Of a stretch of 64,000 bases of DNA, positions 30,153-40,995 are shown piece after piece. The translations under genes and the position numbers were made by a program. Source of the DNA: an uncultured Desulfobacter sp. (GTDB taxonomy: Bacteria; Desulfobacterota; Desulfobacteria; Desulfobacterales; Desulfobacteraceae); assembly GCA_963665095.1 (NCBI GenBank), contig OY762069.1, positions 4,640,001 through 4,704,000 of the forward strand. Reading direction: 5' to 3'. Within the stretch, counting starts at the first letter, position 1. Every line of letters starts with the position of its first letter. The notes beneath the pieces are model-generated. The model was not told the DNA's origin, made no database searches, and worked only from the letters and a program-made list of their open reading frames with translations.

Positions 30153-32582
30153 ATGATCAAAGCGATAAAAAAATCGGCCATGGGGCTCGTGGCAGGGGGG
30201 GTGAACAAAGTTGATTTTACCCGGCTTCTGTACCGCATCGCCCAGAGCCCTTCCGGCCGCCCCCACCTTGACGCCTACCAGGACCTTCCCGGGGACTGGG
30301 ACAATGCAGACGGGATAAGCGATCTGGCTGTATCCCTTACCCTGGAACAGCTGCGGCAAGAAAATGAAGCTGTTGACGGTAATGAGATCACAGGGCTTAT
30401 AGACGAAATTAAAATCAGGTATGACAGAGATCTGCATATTCATGGGGCGGCTGCCCTGCGGGTGATATTTGACCATCTGTTTGACCATGACAACCCGGAT
30501 CTTCCCTTTACTTCGCCGGACGGCCGGGATCTGAAATATATTAACCGGTTAAGACAGTACAGGAAAGAGGGCTTAGGGGTTCTCTACCTGATCAATCACA
30601 ACTCTCATCTGGACGAATTTATATTTGACAGTCTCATGCAGAATCTGGGGATGGGCCTGCCGGTATTTGCCGCCGGTCAGAATATGATGGTCATAGACAG
30701 TATTGCAAAGGTTCTCATGACAGGCTCCTATGTGGTCCTGCGCAAGGGGGCCTCCCGCCACCAGATGGCGGCCCTGTACAACTACTGCTCCGCCTTGAGC
30801 CGGGGCGGGGCCCAGCAGGGCATTTTCCTGGAAGCCTGGCGGGGCGGGGCAAGAACCCGGGATGGGAGTCTGCGCTATCCCAAGCGGCTGGTGGCTGTGC
30901 GCGGGGCCATAGACCTGGATGAGGGACAGGATATGATTATCCAGCCTGTTGCCCTGTCCTACTCCGTTGTACCTGAAGATCTGATGATGTGTTCAGGGAA
31001 AAGTGCAAAAACCTGGATCAACGGCCTGCGCTGGTTCAAGGCCCTGATGAATTTCCCTGTTCACCCCACCACCTTCTGGTGGCAGGCCATGGAGAATATT
31101 TACTCCCGGTGCTATGTATCTTTTCCCGAACCCAAACCCCTGAGCCACCTGAAGGCAGAATGGCGGCAAGACAAGCGCGGCACAGAGTTTGATGAATTTG
31201 TGGCCCTGGATGCCATCAGCCAGATTGCCCGGACCAAAAAAATCATGGCCGGCCAGCTCACGGCCAGGGCCATAACCCAGGCCCGTAAAAAAGGATCAAA
31301 AGAGCTGGAAAAATCGGTCCGTGACGAAGTGAAAACCATTAAAAGCTACCATGAACAGACCTTTGGGCAAGGGCCGGACTTTGAAGACTTTATTGGAAAA
31401 AATGACGAAGCCGCTGTAATGACCGACGGGATAAAGACCCTTCGCAACCGGGGGGTATTAAGCCGCTGGACAAAGGACAGCCTGGAACTGCCCACCGTTC
31501 TCAATGAAATAGGCTTAAGCTACTACGCCACCCATGGAGACAGGCGTCTTTATTCTCCAACGGCGGACCAGAACATTGTTGTGGTGGGTGCGGGCAGCTG
31601 GGGATTTGTACTGGCCAGCCTGGTGGCTGGCCGGCTCCTGGAGGACAAGGCTTATACCAACGCCAGTATCACCATTTATGACCCAAGAAAAAAACTGGTC
31701 AGACATATGGGTAAGGAGCGCCTGGGACCGGGACGATTTAAGGATAAACCCCTGAAGAAAAATATATTTGTTACCTGGGATCTTGCTTCTGCGTTCAGAA
31801 AGGCCAGTGAAGTCATTATTGCCGTAAAGCCCGAATTATTTGAAGCACAGATGAGGGAAATTATTTCTGTTTCCGAACAGCATCTCAAGATCATCATCGC
31901 CACCCGGGGCTTTATGCCCGGCACCACCCTGTTACCCTTTCATATGGTGCAGAACCTTCTGGTGGAATACCAGCGTACTGATATGGATGTCCTGGCCCTG
32001 ACAAGCCCCCTTGACACCGAGGATCTCATCGACGCCCAGACCCTCATCGGCACCATTGCCGGACCCGGGTCACGGCCTGAAGAGATGGCGCATCTTATTT
32101 TCGGCCCGGGCCAGACGCCTGAACTATCTTCTGATCCCATTGTCGTGGAAACCGCAGACACACTGGCCCGTGTCTATGCTTTGGGTGTTAATATCATGCT
32201 GGCCTGCACCCAGGGTAAAAAAGGACTTGTCACAGGTGATCTTTTTGCCAGGGCCTCCCGGGAAGCAAGGGAACTGGCGCTGGCCATGGGAGCCTCTCCA
32301 GATACATTTACTGCAGGATACATTCCCTGGACCCTCACCTTTACGACCCTTGCAACGGAGGGTCCCATAAAAGAACTTGGTGAAAAACTTGGAGCTGCCG
32401 TTAAAAAAGGAAAAAACCCGGCCAGAATTCTTGATAAACTTTCGGACTCGTGGCGTCAGTCAGGTAAAACTATTCAAATCATAAATGATCTTGAATCAGC
32501 CCTTGCCTGTGGAAGACAGAGGGAAGTTGAACTGTCCCTGCTCCGGGAGGTCAGGGAACTAATCCTTCCCGAAAACCCCTGA
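30153..32582 (+). CDS. Glycerol-3-phosphate acyltransferase (PlsB/PlsC-like) fused to a GpsA-like dehydrogenase domain
   Basis: NHNSHLD (HX4D), FAAGQN, IFLEAWRGGARTRDG; then IVVVGAGSWG Rossmann fold; AAGGAG RBS. Confidence 0.82.
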   Translation: MIKAIKKSAMGLVAGGVNKVDFTRLLYRIAQSPSGRPHLDAYQDLPGDWDNADGISDLAVSLTLEQLRQENEAVDGNEITGLIDEIKIRYDRDLHIHGAAALRVIFDHLFDHDNPDLPFTSPDGRDLKYINRLRQYRKEGLGVLYLINHNSHLDEFIFDSLMQNLGMGLPVFAAGQNMMVIDSIAKVLMTGSYVVLRKGASRHQMAALYNYCSALSRGGAQQGIFLEAWRGGARTRDGSLRYPKRLVAVRGAIDLDEGQDMIIQPVALSYSVVPEDLMMCSGKSAKTWINGLRWFKALMNFPVHPTTFWWQAMENIYSRCYVSFPEPKPLSHLKAEWRQDKRGTEFDEFVALDAISQIARTKKIMAGQLTARAITQARKKGSKELEKSVRDEVKTIKSYHEQTFGQGPDFEDFIGKNDEAAVMTDGIKTLRNRGVLSRWTKDSLELPTVLNEIGLSYYATHGDRRLYSPTADQNIVVVGAGSWGFVLASLVAGRLLEDKAYTNASITIYDPRKKLVRHMGKERLGPGRFKDKPLKKNIFVTWDLASAFRKASEVIIAVKPELFEAQMREIISVSEQHLKIIIATRGFMPGTTLLPFHMVQNLLVEYQRTDMDVLALTSPLDTEDLIDAQTLIGTIAGPGSRPEEMAHLIFGPGQTPELSSDPIVVETADTLARVYALGVNIMLACTQGKKGLVTGDLFARASREARELALAMGASPDTFTAGYIPWTLTFTTLATEGPIKELGEKLGAAVKKGKNPARILDKLSDSWRQSGKTIQIINDLESALACGRQREVELSLLREVRELILPENP

Positions 32583-32897
32583 ACCTCCTGCAGTGCTTTT
32601 TTTTATTCTTCCTGCTTTATTCACTTCATCACTAAACTATTCCCACCACAATCACACTCATGATTCCGCAGAAGCATTTTTAAGCTATCCGGAAAAACAG
32701 ATTTTCAAGTGAACCCGCCACACTTCTGCTGATATCAGCCACGTTTTCCTATTTGTGAATGGACACGGTTAGCAATATTTATTATATGCTTCCAGGTTTA
32801 GTATTGGAGAGTTAAACTTTTAAAGGCGCTGAAACCCGGCGCCTCTCTGCAGTGGCAGTTTAAAACGCCATCCAGTGGATCAGGGTAAGGATATTGA

Positions 32898-33431
32898 ATG
32901 CACACTGTCTATATTGACGCCTCTTCTGCCATTCTGCTGTATAAGGCAGGACTTTTTATTTCCTGCACCCGGTGTTTTTCCATGGTTATGGAAAATGAGG
33001 TTTACAAAGAGGTCCGGGTACCGGATCACCCGGGTGCTGATTTTTTTTTATCCATGGTTCAAAAAAAAAGTGTAAAGGTATGCCAATTAGATCCTGGCCA
33101 CCGGGACCAAATCACCCTGCCCGAAAACCTGGATCCCGGGGAACGAAAAACCCTGGTGCTTTATTTCCAGAATGTCCGCCCCAATAACCCCTCGTTTATT
33201 ATTGTGGACGATGCCAAATGTGCAAAGTTCTGTATGAGCCGGAAAGTACCATTTATCAATGCCCTGCTGGTTCCCAAAATTTTATGGTTTGCCGGACGTC
33301 TGGATAAAACCGTCTATCTTGAAAAAACAGACTCTATTATTCAAACAGGACGGTATTCAAAGACTGTTATCGAAAAAGCCAAAGGACTGTCCCGCACTGA
33401 TCTGGACATGTTTATACCCTATGAAAAATGA
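32898..33431 (+). CDS. PIN-domain-like protein (DUF3368/COG2405 type)
   Basis: VYIDASSAI, EVYKE, LDPGE, IIVDD acidic pattern. Confidence 0.65.
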   Translation: MHTVYIDASSAILLYKAGLFISCTRCFSMVMENEVYKEVRVPDHPGADFFLSMVQKKSVKVCQLDPGHRDQITLPENLDPGERKTLVLYFQNVRPNNPSFIIVDDAKCAKFCMSRKVPFINALLVPKILWFAGRLDKTVYLEKTDSIIQTGRYSKTVIEKAKGLSRTDLDMFIPYEK

Positions 33432-33921
33432 ATTGAATTGTAACATATCCTGCAAGGATCCAGCGGCCTGGAAAATAAAGGCCACGGCGTTTGCCATCAG
33501 AACCCATAACCATTTGTGGGGAAAAAATAATGAAGATCCCCTGGTATTTTTATATCGCCAGGGAATCTCCCATGAGTTCTCAAGGCAGATGTACCTTGGA
33601 TGGAATAAGTATGGTCAACACCGGCCCTGTCAGGCATGGGGGTTGTCAGGCAAGGAGTCATTTTCACTTCCCCCCGGGATTGTGTTTCCATATATTATCG
33701 AAAAAAACATCCTTGGGATTTACATCATCTCCATGGAAAATCCTGAAACAGTTCATACAATTCCCGGCAGTTTTAAAGATCCCCTTGTTTTGGGAGAACC
33801 TGATAAAGAGGCCAGATATACTGACAGTATTATGGAAGGTTTGAATATCTTCCAGGATCATTCAGACAAATTATGCGTGCATATTACGCTTCCGTCACAG
33901 TACGCCGGCCACCGGGGTTGA
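33421..33921 (+). CDS. Hypothetical protein, weakly primase-like
   Basis: Overlaps the previous gene; FLYRQGIS...YLGWN...AWGL...PPGIVFPY recalls primase N-terminal subdomains. Confidence 0.55.
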   Translation: MKNELNCNISCKDPAAWKIKATAFAIRTHNHLWGKNNEDPLVFLYRQGISHEFSRQMYLGWNKYGQHRPCQAWGLSGKESFSLPPGIVFPYIIEKNILGIYIISMENPETVHTIPGSFKDPLVLGEPDKEARYTDSIMEGLNIFQDHSDKLCVHITLPSQYAGHRG

Positions 33922-33944
33922 CCTTATTTTTTAAAAGCGTATAC

Positions 33945-35063
33945 ATGAATCTTATGAAAAATGATTTAAATACAGACCCTTTTCCCATAGTATCGGGCGC
34001 GGTTCAAGTACAGCCCGTGCATACTTCTCCGGTATCTGAATTCGGAACATATTTTCAGCTTTTTTTTCTGGCAGCCGCCGGATGGATGGCTGTTGTTTAT
34101 GGTAAAACAGAAGCCTTTACAACGTTCAGCATTATCTTTTCCTCCATTATTCTGGAGGCGTTTCCATTTATGCTTTTAGGCGCTTTGCTCGGCGGATGTG
34201 TGGAAGTCTTTTTATCAAGGGAGCAGCTGGTCCGAATCCTGCCTGAAAGCCCTGTACTTTCCATTGTCATGGCCGCATTCATGGGTATCTGTTTTCCTGT
34301 GTGTGAATGTGCCATTGTCCCGGTTGTTAGAAAATTTCTTCAAAAAGGGATGCCGTTAGGTGCGGCTGTGGCCTTTCTTTTAGGCGGTCCCATTGTCAAT
34401 CCTCTGGTTTTTTCGTCTACGCTTGTGGCCTATTCACTGTCCTGGGATGTGCCGTTTTTGCGTACATTTATCGGTGCTTTTATTGCCATTGGTATTGGCA
34501 TGTTTGTTCACATGTCAGTTCCTGAAAATCAGGGTGTTGTGCCAGGCAGCGCAGATCACCACGGATGCAGCCATGGCGGCTCCTGCAGCTGCGTACACAG
34601 TCATGAAAATTATTCCGGCCAGCCGTTTTTTAAAAAAATAACCGCAGCCCTGTCCCATGCAGCCCTTGATTTTTATGATATTGGTAAATTTCTTGTTATA
34701 GGTGCATTTATTGCGGCATTTTTACAGACCATTATTTCCCGGCAGGCCTTTTTTTCCATGGCTTCAGGCGCTGTTACGTCCATTGGGCTGATGATGATTC
34801 TGGCGGTGGTGTTAAACCTGTGCAGTGAGGCTGATGCGTTTATTGCCGCCTCGTTAGCACCCATTGGTGTCCCCTTTTCCGCCCAGATGGCATTCATGGT
34901 TTTAGGTCCCATGCTGGATATCAAACTGATTATCATGTATCTGGGCGTATTCACCAAAAAAATGATCATCATCCTTATCGCTTCGACCCTTATTTTTGTA
35001 TTTTTTGCCATGCTATTCATGCATTTTGCCTTAAGCACATATTCACAGGGGGCCGTTCTATGA
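33945..35063 (+). CDS. Permease, DUF318/ArsP (YcgR-like) family with a His/Cys-rich loop
   Basis: ILEAFPFMLLG, FPVCECAIVP, GPIVNP, LCSEADAFIA, GPMLDIK; loop HHGCSHGGSCSCVHSH. Confidence 0.85.
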   Translation: MNLMKNDLNTDPFPIVSGAVQVQPVHTSPVSEFGTYFQLFFLAAAGWMAVVYGKTEAFTTFSIIFSSIILEAFPFMLLGALLGGCVEVFLSREQLVRILPESPVLSIVMAAFMGICFPVCECAIVPVVRKFLQKGMPLGAAVAFLLGGPIVNPLVFSSTLVAYSLSWDVPFLRTFIGAFIAIGIGMFVHMSVPENQGVVPGSADHHGCSHGGSCSCVHSHENYSGQPFFKKITAALSHAALDFYDIGKFLVIGAFIAAFLQTIISRQAFFSMASGAVTSIGLMMILAVVLNLCSEADAFIAASLAPIGVPFSAQMAFMVLGPMLDIKLIIMYLGVFTKKMIIILIASTLIFVFFAMLFMHFALSTYSQGAVL

Positions 35064-35815
35064 AAAAATACCTGCCCCTGTTTGTATTTTTTGTCTGGAT
35101 GGCTGCACTGGTCTTGCTGCTTCTGGATAATAATTTCCAGCTTTTTCTGAAACCCTCGTTTAAAGGTCTGGTGGCAGCCAGCCTGGTGATCAGTTTTCTA
35201 TTATTTGTCGGGCTGGCCTGCCATATTATTCAATCCAATAATGCTACAGATCATAAATATTCATGGCTTAATGGTATTATTCTCCTTATTCCTGTTCTGT
35301 TCATGTTTTTTGGCGGGCAGAATACCCTGGGTGAGTATGCCATGCAAAAACGCTCTTTAGCCGCTTCTGTGGTCCGGGAAAAGAGTCCGGCAGCGGAAAA
35401 ATCGCCTGTGAAAAAAGAAATATCTTTAAAAATTGTAACGCCGGAAAGAGAGGAAAAAAATAAAAACGCTGACTCAAATAAAGATATTTCCATCTCTACT
35501 CTGGTCCGGGAATTTGACCGGTTTGACGGAAGACAGGTCAGTATCCAGGGGCTTTATGCCACAACCGTTTCAGGTCACGATGAGTTGTCAGCCGTATTCA
35601 GGTACCTGGTCACCTGCTGCGTGGCTGATGCCCAGCCGGTTGGTGTTTTTGTCAGCAGTGATATTGGTTCACATATAAAAAACAATCAATGGGTCAGGGC
35701 TGCAGGCCAGGTGGAATTAAGGAACATGGATGGATTTGATGTTATTTTTATGGATGCCAAGATCCTTCAACCAATTGAACAGCCGGATAAAAAAGCGGTT
35801 TATCTGTACTATTAA
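35060..35815 (+). CDS. TIGR03943/DUF1980 (YcgQ-like) membrane protein
   Basis: Three N-terminal TM helices; FRYLVTCCVADAQPVG; ATGA overlap with the permease gene. Confidence 0.82.
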   Translation: MKKYLPLFVFFVWMAALVLLLLDNNFQLFLKPSFKGLVAASLVISFLLFVGLACHIIQSNNATDHKYSWLNGIILLIPVLFMFFGGQNTLGEYAMQKRSLAASVVREKSPAAEKSPVKKEISLKIVTPEREEKNKNADSNKDISISTLVREFDRFDGRQVSIQGLYATTVSGHDELSAVFRYLVTCCVADAQPVGVFVSSDIGSHIKNNQWVRAAGQVELRNMDGFDVIFMDAKILQPIEQPDKKAVYLYY

Positions 35816-35832
35816 AAGTGATCTGACGCCAT

Positions 35833-36912
35833 TTAGTCGTCTTTAAACAGCGTGGTTTGGTTTCGTCCGTTATTTTTTGACTGATATAAGGCATCATCAG
35901 CCCTGGCAATCCAGTCCGTTATACTTCCGGTGATATCCTCTCCTGATATTTGCACCATACCAAAAGATATGGTGATGTTAAGTTTTTTTCTCGGAATAAG
36001 GTTCCCCTCCCTGTTAACAACCGGAAAGTTATGTCCCTGGATTGTCTTTCTGATACGTTCAACAGCCTCCATTCCCTCTTCGGCATCTGTATCATCAAAT
36101 ATCATTAAGAATTCTTCGCCACCATACCGTCCGGCCAGGTCAAATCCCTGTCTCATGGAATGGGATATGATATTGCCCACTTCCTTTAAAACAAGATCCC
36201 CCTGAATATGGCCGTAATCGTCATTCACAGATTTAAAAAAATCAATATCTCCCATGGCAAGCACAGCTGACCTGTGGGGTTTTCGTTTTAATCGCAAAAG
36301 TATTCTTTCAAGCTCTTCTTTTATCTTGCCTGAATTATACAATCCGGTCAGGTCGTCATATTCAGCTTTGCGTTCAAACCGGGTTTTCATGATGATCGTG
36401 GATAACAGGTTACACATAATTTCCATGGCTGAAATTTCATAGTCTTTGATACCACTTTCTTTTCCTAAAAAATCACCACCCACCAGGTAAGTTCCCCCAA
36501 AATCCTCGGAAAAATTCACATACCCCATAATATCGCACCCCATACCTTTTACATTTATCTGGGATGTTTTTTTATTCATGAATGCATGAACTTCATTGAC
36601 ATACCGTTTATCCCTGGCATCCGTAAAAACCCGGATTTTTCGGCCTTCCTGCAGATCCATTCTCATTGAAGCCGGATCCATCACCTTGACCACTTCAAGG
36701 ATCAGGCGGTCATTGATCACATTAGATACCCTGTAGAGAACACTGATATTGAATAATAATGTTTCTGATATAATCTCAAGGGGATAATCAAAACAGATAT
36801 CTTTATCTGAATACCTTTTTTGGGAGAGGTCATGATCCATGGCATTTAAATATGCGGTTAATTTTCCAAGGGCGTTTAATATCTGCCCTGCATCGGACGC
36901 CTGTTTTTTCAT
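35833..36912 (-). CDS. GGDEF diguanylate cyclase with an unrecognised N-terminal domain
   Basis: YDDLTGLYN, DIDFFKSVND, RYGGEEF, ADDALYQSKNNGRN. Confidence 0.88.
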   Translation of the reverse strand: MKKQASDAGQILNALGKLTAYLNAMDHDLSQKRYSDKDICFDYPLEIISETLLFNISVLYRVSNVINDRLILEVVKVMDPASMRMDLQEGRKIRVFTDARDKRYVNEVHAFMNKKTSQINVKGMGCDIMGYVNFSEDFGGTYLVGGDFLGKESGIKDYEISAMEIMCNLLSTIIMKTRFERKAEYDDLTGLYNSGKIKEELERILLRLKRKPHRSAVLAMGDIDFFKSVNDDYGHIQGDLVLKEVGNIISHSMRQGFDLAGRYGGEEFLMIFDDTDAEEGMEAVERIRKTIQGHNFPVVNREGNLIPRKKLNITISFGMVQISGEDITGSITDWIARADDALYQSKNNGRNQTTLFKDD

Positions 36913-36952
36913 GATATCCCCCTTTGCCAGAGTCTGCCGCATTTTATATAAT

Positions 36953-37121
36953 TAGTGTTTGAACGCAAAGTCACCCACCTAAGGCGTTACTGCACAAAGC
37001 TGCCAAATCATATAATCGGGCCTCACCTACTGGAGTATGCTCCGGTTGAAGCTTTGCTTGCGCCTTGCATATAGGTAAATTTGCGTCCAAACACCAAACA
37101 CGGGGGTTTAGTTTAGGCACT
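36953..37121 (+). mobile_element. Family A MITE-like element (about 170 bp)
   Basis: TAGTGTTTGAACGCAAAGTCACCCACC...TTGCGTCCAAACACCAAACACGGGG...AGGCACT; aligns along its length with the reverse complement of 61095-61291. Confidence 0.8.
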
Positions 37122-37382
37122 GATTAATAATGTTCCCCGTGAAACATTTTATATACAGATGAAGAACTTCATTTAGTTAAGTACCATTTTTCTTTCACAG
37201 CTTGCAATCTCAGCTGGTAAAATTTTAATAAAAAATAGAGGCCCAACAATGGAAATATCTCTGCTTAAGGTGTTTTAATCGTTAAGCAGATTAAATTTTT
37301 CTAAATATTTACTTTTATCACTTCTGTAAAATCTGATATTCTGGTATTTTCATTTTAACCAACCATCATTAGGAGTTTTGGC

Positions 37383-38582
37383 GTGGAACAAGACAATATT
37401 ATCCGGTTTGCATCCCGGATGGAGCAATTGCCCCCTTATCTTTTCGGTATGATCAACAAAATGAAAATGGAAAAGCGTCGCAACGGAGATGATGTGATTG
37501 ACCTTGGCATGGGAAATCCCATGGATCCGACACCTGACGCAGTTATTGAAAAACTGGTGGAAGTTGCTAAAGATCCAAAGTCACACAGATATCCGGAAAG
37601 TTCAGGGCTTCCCCATCTGAAAAAAGAAATTGCCAAATATTACGACCGCCATTACAACATCCATCTGGATGCGGAAAAAGAGACCTATTTCACCATTGGG
37701 TCCAAAGAGGGGATTTCCCACCTCTGCCTGGCTATCATGGGTTCCGGGGACTCTGTTCTGGTGCCGGCTCCGGCATTTCCCATTCATATTTATGCAGCGG
37801 TAATTGCAGGTGCCAATGTCATGCGGATTCCCATAGAGCCTGAAACAGGATTTCTGGACCGTATCATTAATATATGTGAATCCTGTTATCCCAGTCCCAG
37901 AGTTTTGATGCTCAACTATCCGCATAATCCCACAGGGGTTGTTACGGATAAAAATTTTTTTAAAGAGATCGTCAAGCTGGCAAAACGGTTTAAATTCATG
38001 GTTATTAATGATTTTGCCTATGGCAAAATCACCTATGACGGATATGTGGCCCCAAGTTTTCTGGAAGTGGAGGGGGCAAAGGATGTGGGGGTTGAGTTCG
38101 GCTCCTTTTCCAAATCCTATAACATGGCGGGCTGGCGCATCGGGTATTGTGTAGGAAATGAAAAAATTGTCAGCGCCCTTGGTAAAATCAAAGGCTATTT
38201 TGATTATGGTATTTTCTCAGCCATTCAGGTGGCTGGAATTATTGCCCTGCGGGATTGTGATGAGACCATTCCTGATTTGGCAAAAATTTATGAAAACCGG
38301 AGGGATGTCCTCTGTTCAGGCCTTGAACGTATTGGCTGGAACATAGATAAACCCAAAGCCGGCATGTTTGTCTGGGCCAAAATTCCAGAACCCTTTAATA
38401 AAATGGGGTCCATGGAATTTGCCATCCAGCTGATGAACAAAGGAAATGTGGCTGTGGCACCGGGTACCGGATTTTCTGAGGAAGGGGAAGGTTTCCTACG
38501 GCTGGCCCTGGTTGAAAACGAAGAGCGCCTGCGCCAGGCTGTCCGGCAAATGAAAAAAGCCATGGATCAGATGGAGGTTTAG
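37383..38582 (+). CDS. Class I/II PLP aminotransferase (AlaC-like; LL-DAP aminotransferase not excluded)
   Basis: LPPYLF, DLGMGNP, GSKEG, NYPHNPTG, DFAY, SFSKSYNMAGWRIG. Confidence 0.88.
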   Translation: MEQDNIIRFASRMEQLPPYLFGMINKMKMEKRRNGDDVIDLGMGNPMDPTPDAVIEKLVEVAKDPKSHRYPESSGLPHLKKEIAKYYDRHYNIHLDAEKETYFTIGSKEGISHLCLAIMGSGDSVLVPAPAFPIHIYAAVIAGANVMRIPIEPETGFLDRIINICESCYPSPRVLMLNYPHNPTGVVTDKNFFKEIVKLAKRFKFMVINDFAYGKITYDGYVAPSFLEVEGAKDVGVEFGSFSKSYNMAGWRIGYCVGNEKIVSALGKIKGYFDYGIFSAIQVAGIIALRDCDETIPDLAKIYENRRDVLCSGLERIGWNIDKPKAGMFVWAKIPEPFNKMGSMEFAIQLMNKGNVAVAPGTGFSEEGEGFLRLALVENEERLRQAVRQMKKAMDQMEV

Positions 38583-39640
38583 CCCTTTTTAAAAAATGAT
38601 ATCACCCAGTTGATAAAGCCGTTTTTTTTATCTTTATCCGGGTGGGTAATGACAGAATTTTTTATCTGTATTTTCTTTTGACCGGCCGGTTCTTTTTCAG
38701 ACCGGCCGGTATTATTCTGGTCTGTCCCGGTATTGGGAAATATGGACCCGGCTTTTGCTTTCAGGACACTTGATATTTCTTCAAGTAACGCTTCCTGTAC
38801 GCCAGGTTCAGATAATTTTGACTCGCCATTTTTTCCAAAATATGTGTCTGAAAATTCAGGAATAGTACCATCCCCACTGGCCCCAATTCCGCATTTACCG
38901 GCAATGGCATAGGCGAACTGAACCTGAGCGGCGCAGGATCTATATTCAGGCTCTGCCAGATGGGGTATGTGACAGAAAGCCACAGCCTGGATAACTTTAT
39001 CCGGCAGATTCCATGTTTCCAGAACCCTGGCCCCCACAAGACTGGCTGTGGTGCCAAATTTATCTTTTTCAATTTCAGCAGTGGCACAATTCATTTGCCT
39101 GGCTTTTGATACGCATTTTCTGAATTCATCGGGGAAATGGATGGCAAACAACAATTTTCCCAGCCCTTGAAGCATCCCTGCCATATACAGATCTCCCGGT
39201 ACGGTGTCAAACCCCAAAGCTGGGTGCCCCAGTCGCTTTACTGCCGCAGCACAGGCCCAGGAAAAAGCCCAGAAATCATTATAACTGCAACCTTCCATGC
39301 CTGGAAACGTTGGCAGGCTTTTCTGAAAGAACTCCAGACAGACTGCGTTCACTGTCTCTTTCAGTCCGATACGCATGATTGCAGATCTTAAAGAGACGAT
39401 TTTTTCCACGCCGCAGTAATAGGGAGAATTAGCCAGCTGCAGAATCCTGGTAAACATACCTGGATCAGCTTCCACCAGATGGGCGAATTCTGGAATATCA
39501 ATTTTTTTTTCCGGCAGACGGACCATTTTTAAAATATGACGGACATTTTCAGGGATTGCGGGAATATCTGATCTTGATGTCAGTATATCCTGAGCAATAC
39601 TCATGGCAACGGTTTTTTCGCCGACCAAAGGATCATTCAT
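38579..39640 (-). CDS. HDOD-domain signalling protein
   Basis: IPAIP, DPGMFTRILQLANSPYY, AIMRIG, AGMLQGLGKL, WNLP. Confidence 0.85.
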   Translation of the reverse strand: MNDPLVGEKTVAMSIAQDILTSRSDIPAIPENVRHILKMVRLPEKKIDIPEFAHLVEADPGMFTRILQLANSPYYCGVEKIVSLRSAIMRIGLKETVNAVCLEFFQKSLPTFPGMEGCSYNDFWAFSWACAAAVKRLGHPALGFDTVPGDLYMAGMLQGLGKLLFAIHFPDEFRKCVSKARQMNCATAEIEKDKFGTTASLVGARVLETWNLPDKVIQAVAFCHIPHLAEPEYRSCAAQVQFAYAIAGKCGIGASGDGTIPEFSDTYFGKNGESKLSEPGVQEALLEEISSVLKAKAGSIFPNTGTDQNNTGRSEKEPAGQKKIQIKNSVITHPDKDKKNGFINWVISFFKKG

Positions 39641-39840
39641 GACAATGCCTTTAACGATGAATATGACATTATTTTATCTGAATAATCTTTATTTTGTATA
39701 TCTCACAGGTGATTTCGTCAAATGATAATTTTTCACGCGCGTATGATATAATCTTATTAAAAATACCTTTACAGCCTTGAAATAAAATAATTTTTCAATT
39801 AGATAGGTATTCTTCAATTTTTTTAAAAAAGGATTCTTCC

Positions 39841-40995
39841 ATGAGTTTATCACAGAAGCCTGAAACCTCATTTTTCAGGCGCGGGCTGACATTTACTCTA
39901 AAAAAACTGCCTTTTGCGGTTTTCATTTTACTTATTGCAGTGATTCTTTCCTTTATGATGGAAAAAATATCCCTTCATAAGGCTGAATTAAAAAAAGCTC
40001 AGGCAGAACAGATCAAAGAACCACCGGCCCTTGCCAATGTTATTACCATGGCAGTTTTTCCCGGACGGGTGGCTGAAGAGATAAGTCTGCCGGGTGTGGC
40101 AAAACCATGGATTTCGCTGACGGTTTCTGCAGAAGTCGGGGGCAAGGTGGTAAAAAAACTTGTGAGTGAAGGCCAGTACGTCAATAAAGGAGATGTGATT
40201 GCATTTATTGACAGCCGGGATTACGAATACAATTATTCGTCTGCACTTGCCTCCTATGAAACCGCAAAAACAGATGCAGACAGGTTTAAGGCGCTGTCAA
40301 AAAAACAATTCATCACCCAGGCCCAGCTTGATGATGCCCAGACCCGGGTTAAAACGACCCTTTCCGCCATGGAACAGGCTAAACTGAACTTGGAGCGCTG
40401 TACCATCCGGTGTCCCATGAAAGGAATTGCTGACCGGGTACATATAGAGGTAGGCAACTTTCTGGGCAAAGGCGATCCCGTGGCTGATATTCTGGAACTG
40501 GACCGGTTGAAAATTGAGGTGGGCATCCCTGAATCAGATGTATCTGCCGTGCGAAAGCTGAAAACCTTTGATTTAAGTTTTGATGCCCTGAACGGGAAAA
40601 CCGTCACAGGCACCTACCACTATCTATATAAAACAACATCTTCCATGGCGCGATTATACAATCTTGAAATCGCAGTGGATAATCCGGGTCTCCAGATTCT
40701 TCCGGATATGTTTGCCCGCGTGTCCATTATAAAAAATCAGACGGATAACGGCCTGGCCGTTCCTATCTATTCCCTTATTACCAAAAATAAAAAAACAGGA
40801 ATTTATATTGAAAACAACGGCCAGGTGTCATTCAGGTATGTGACAACGGGATTTCAGGATGGATGGAGTATCCTGGTTACCCAGGGGCTTGAACCCAGAG
40901 AAAACGTGGTGGTGGTCGGTCACCGGATGGTGGAGGATAAGGATAAGGTTAATGTGATTCGGACCGTAAAAACCATAGAGGAACTGTCCAGATGA
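39841..40995 (+). CDS. RND efflux periplasmic adaptor (membrane fusion protein)
   Basis: N-terminal TM, VSAEVGGKV...VSEGQYVNKGD, TIRCPMKG, ILPDMFARV. Confidence 0.88.
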   Translation: MSLSQKPETSFFRRGLTFTLKKLPFAVFILLIAVILSFMMEKISLHKAELKKAQAEQIKEPPALANVITMAVFPGRVAEEISLPGVAKPWISLTVSAEVGGKVVKKLVSEGQYVNKGDVIAFIDSRDYEYNYSSALASYETAKTDADRFKALSKKQFITQAQLDDAQTRVKTTLSAMEQAKLNLERCTIRCPMKGIADRVHIEVGNFLGKGDPVADILELDRLKIEVGIPESDVSAVRKLKTFDLSFDALNGKTVTGTYHYLYKTTSSMARLYNLEIAVDNPGLQILPDMFARVSIIKNQTDNGLAVPIYSLITKNKKTGIYIENNGQVSFRYVTTGFQDGWSILVTQGLEPRENVVVVGHRMVEDKDKVNVIRTVKTIEELSR

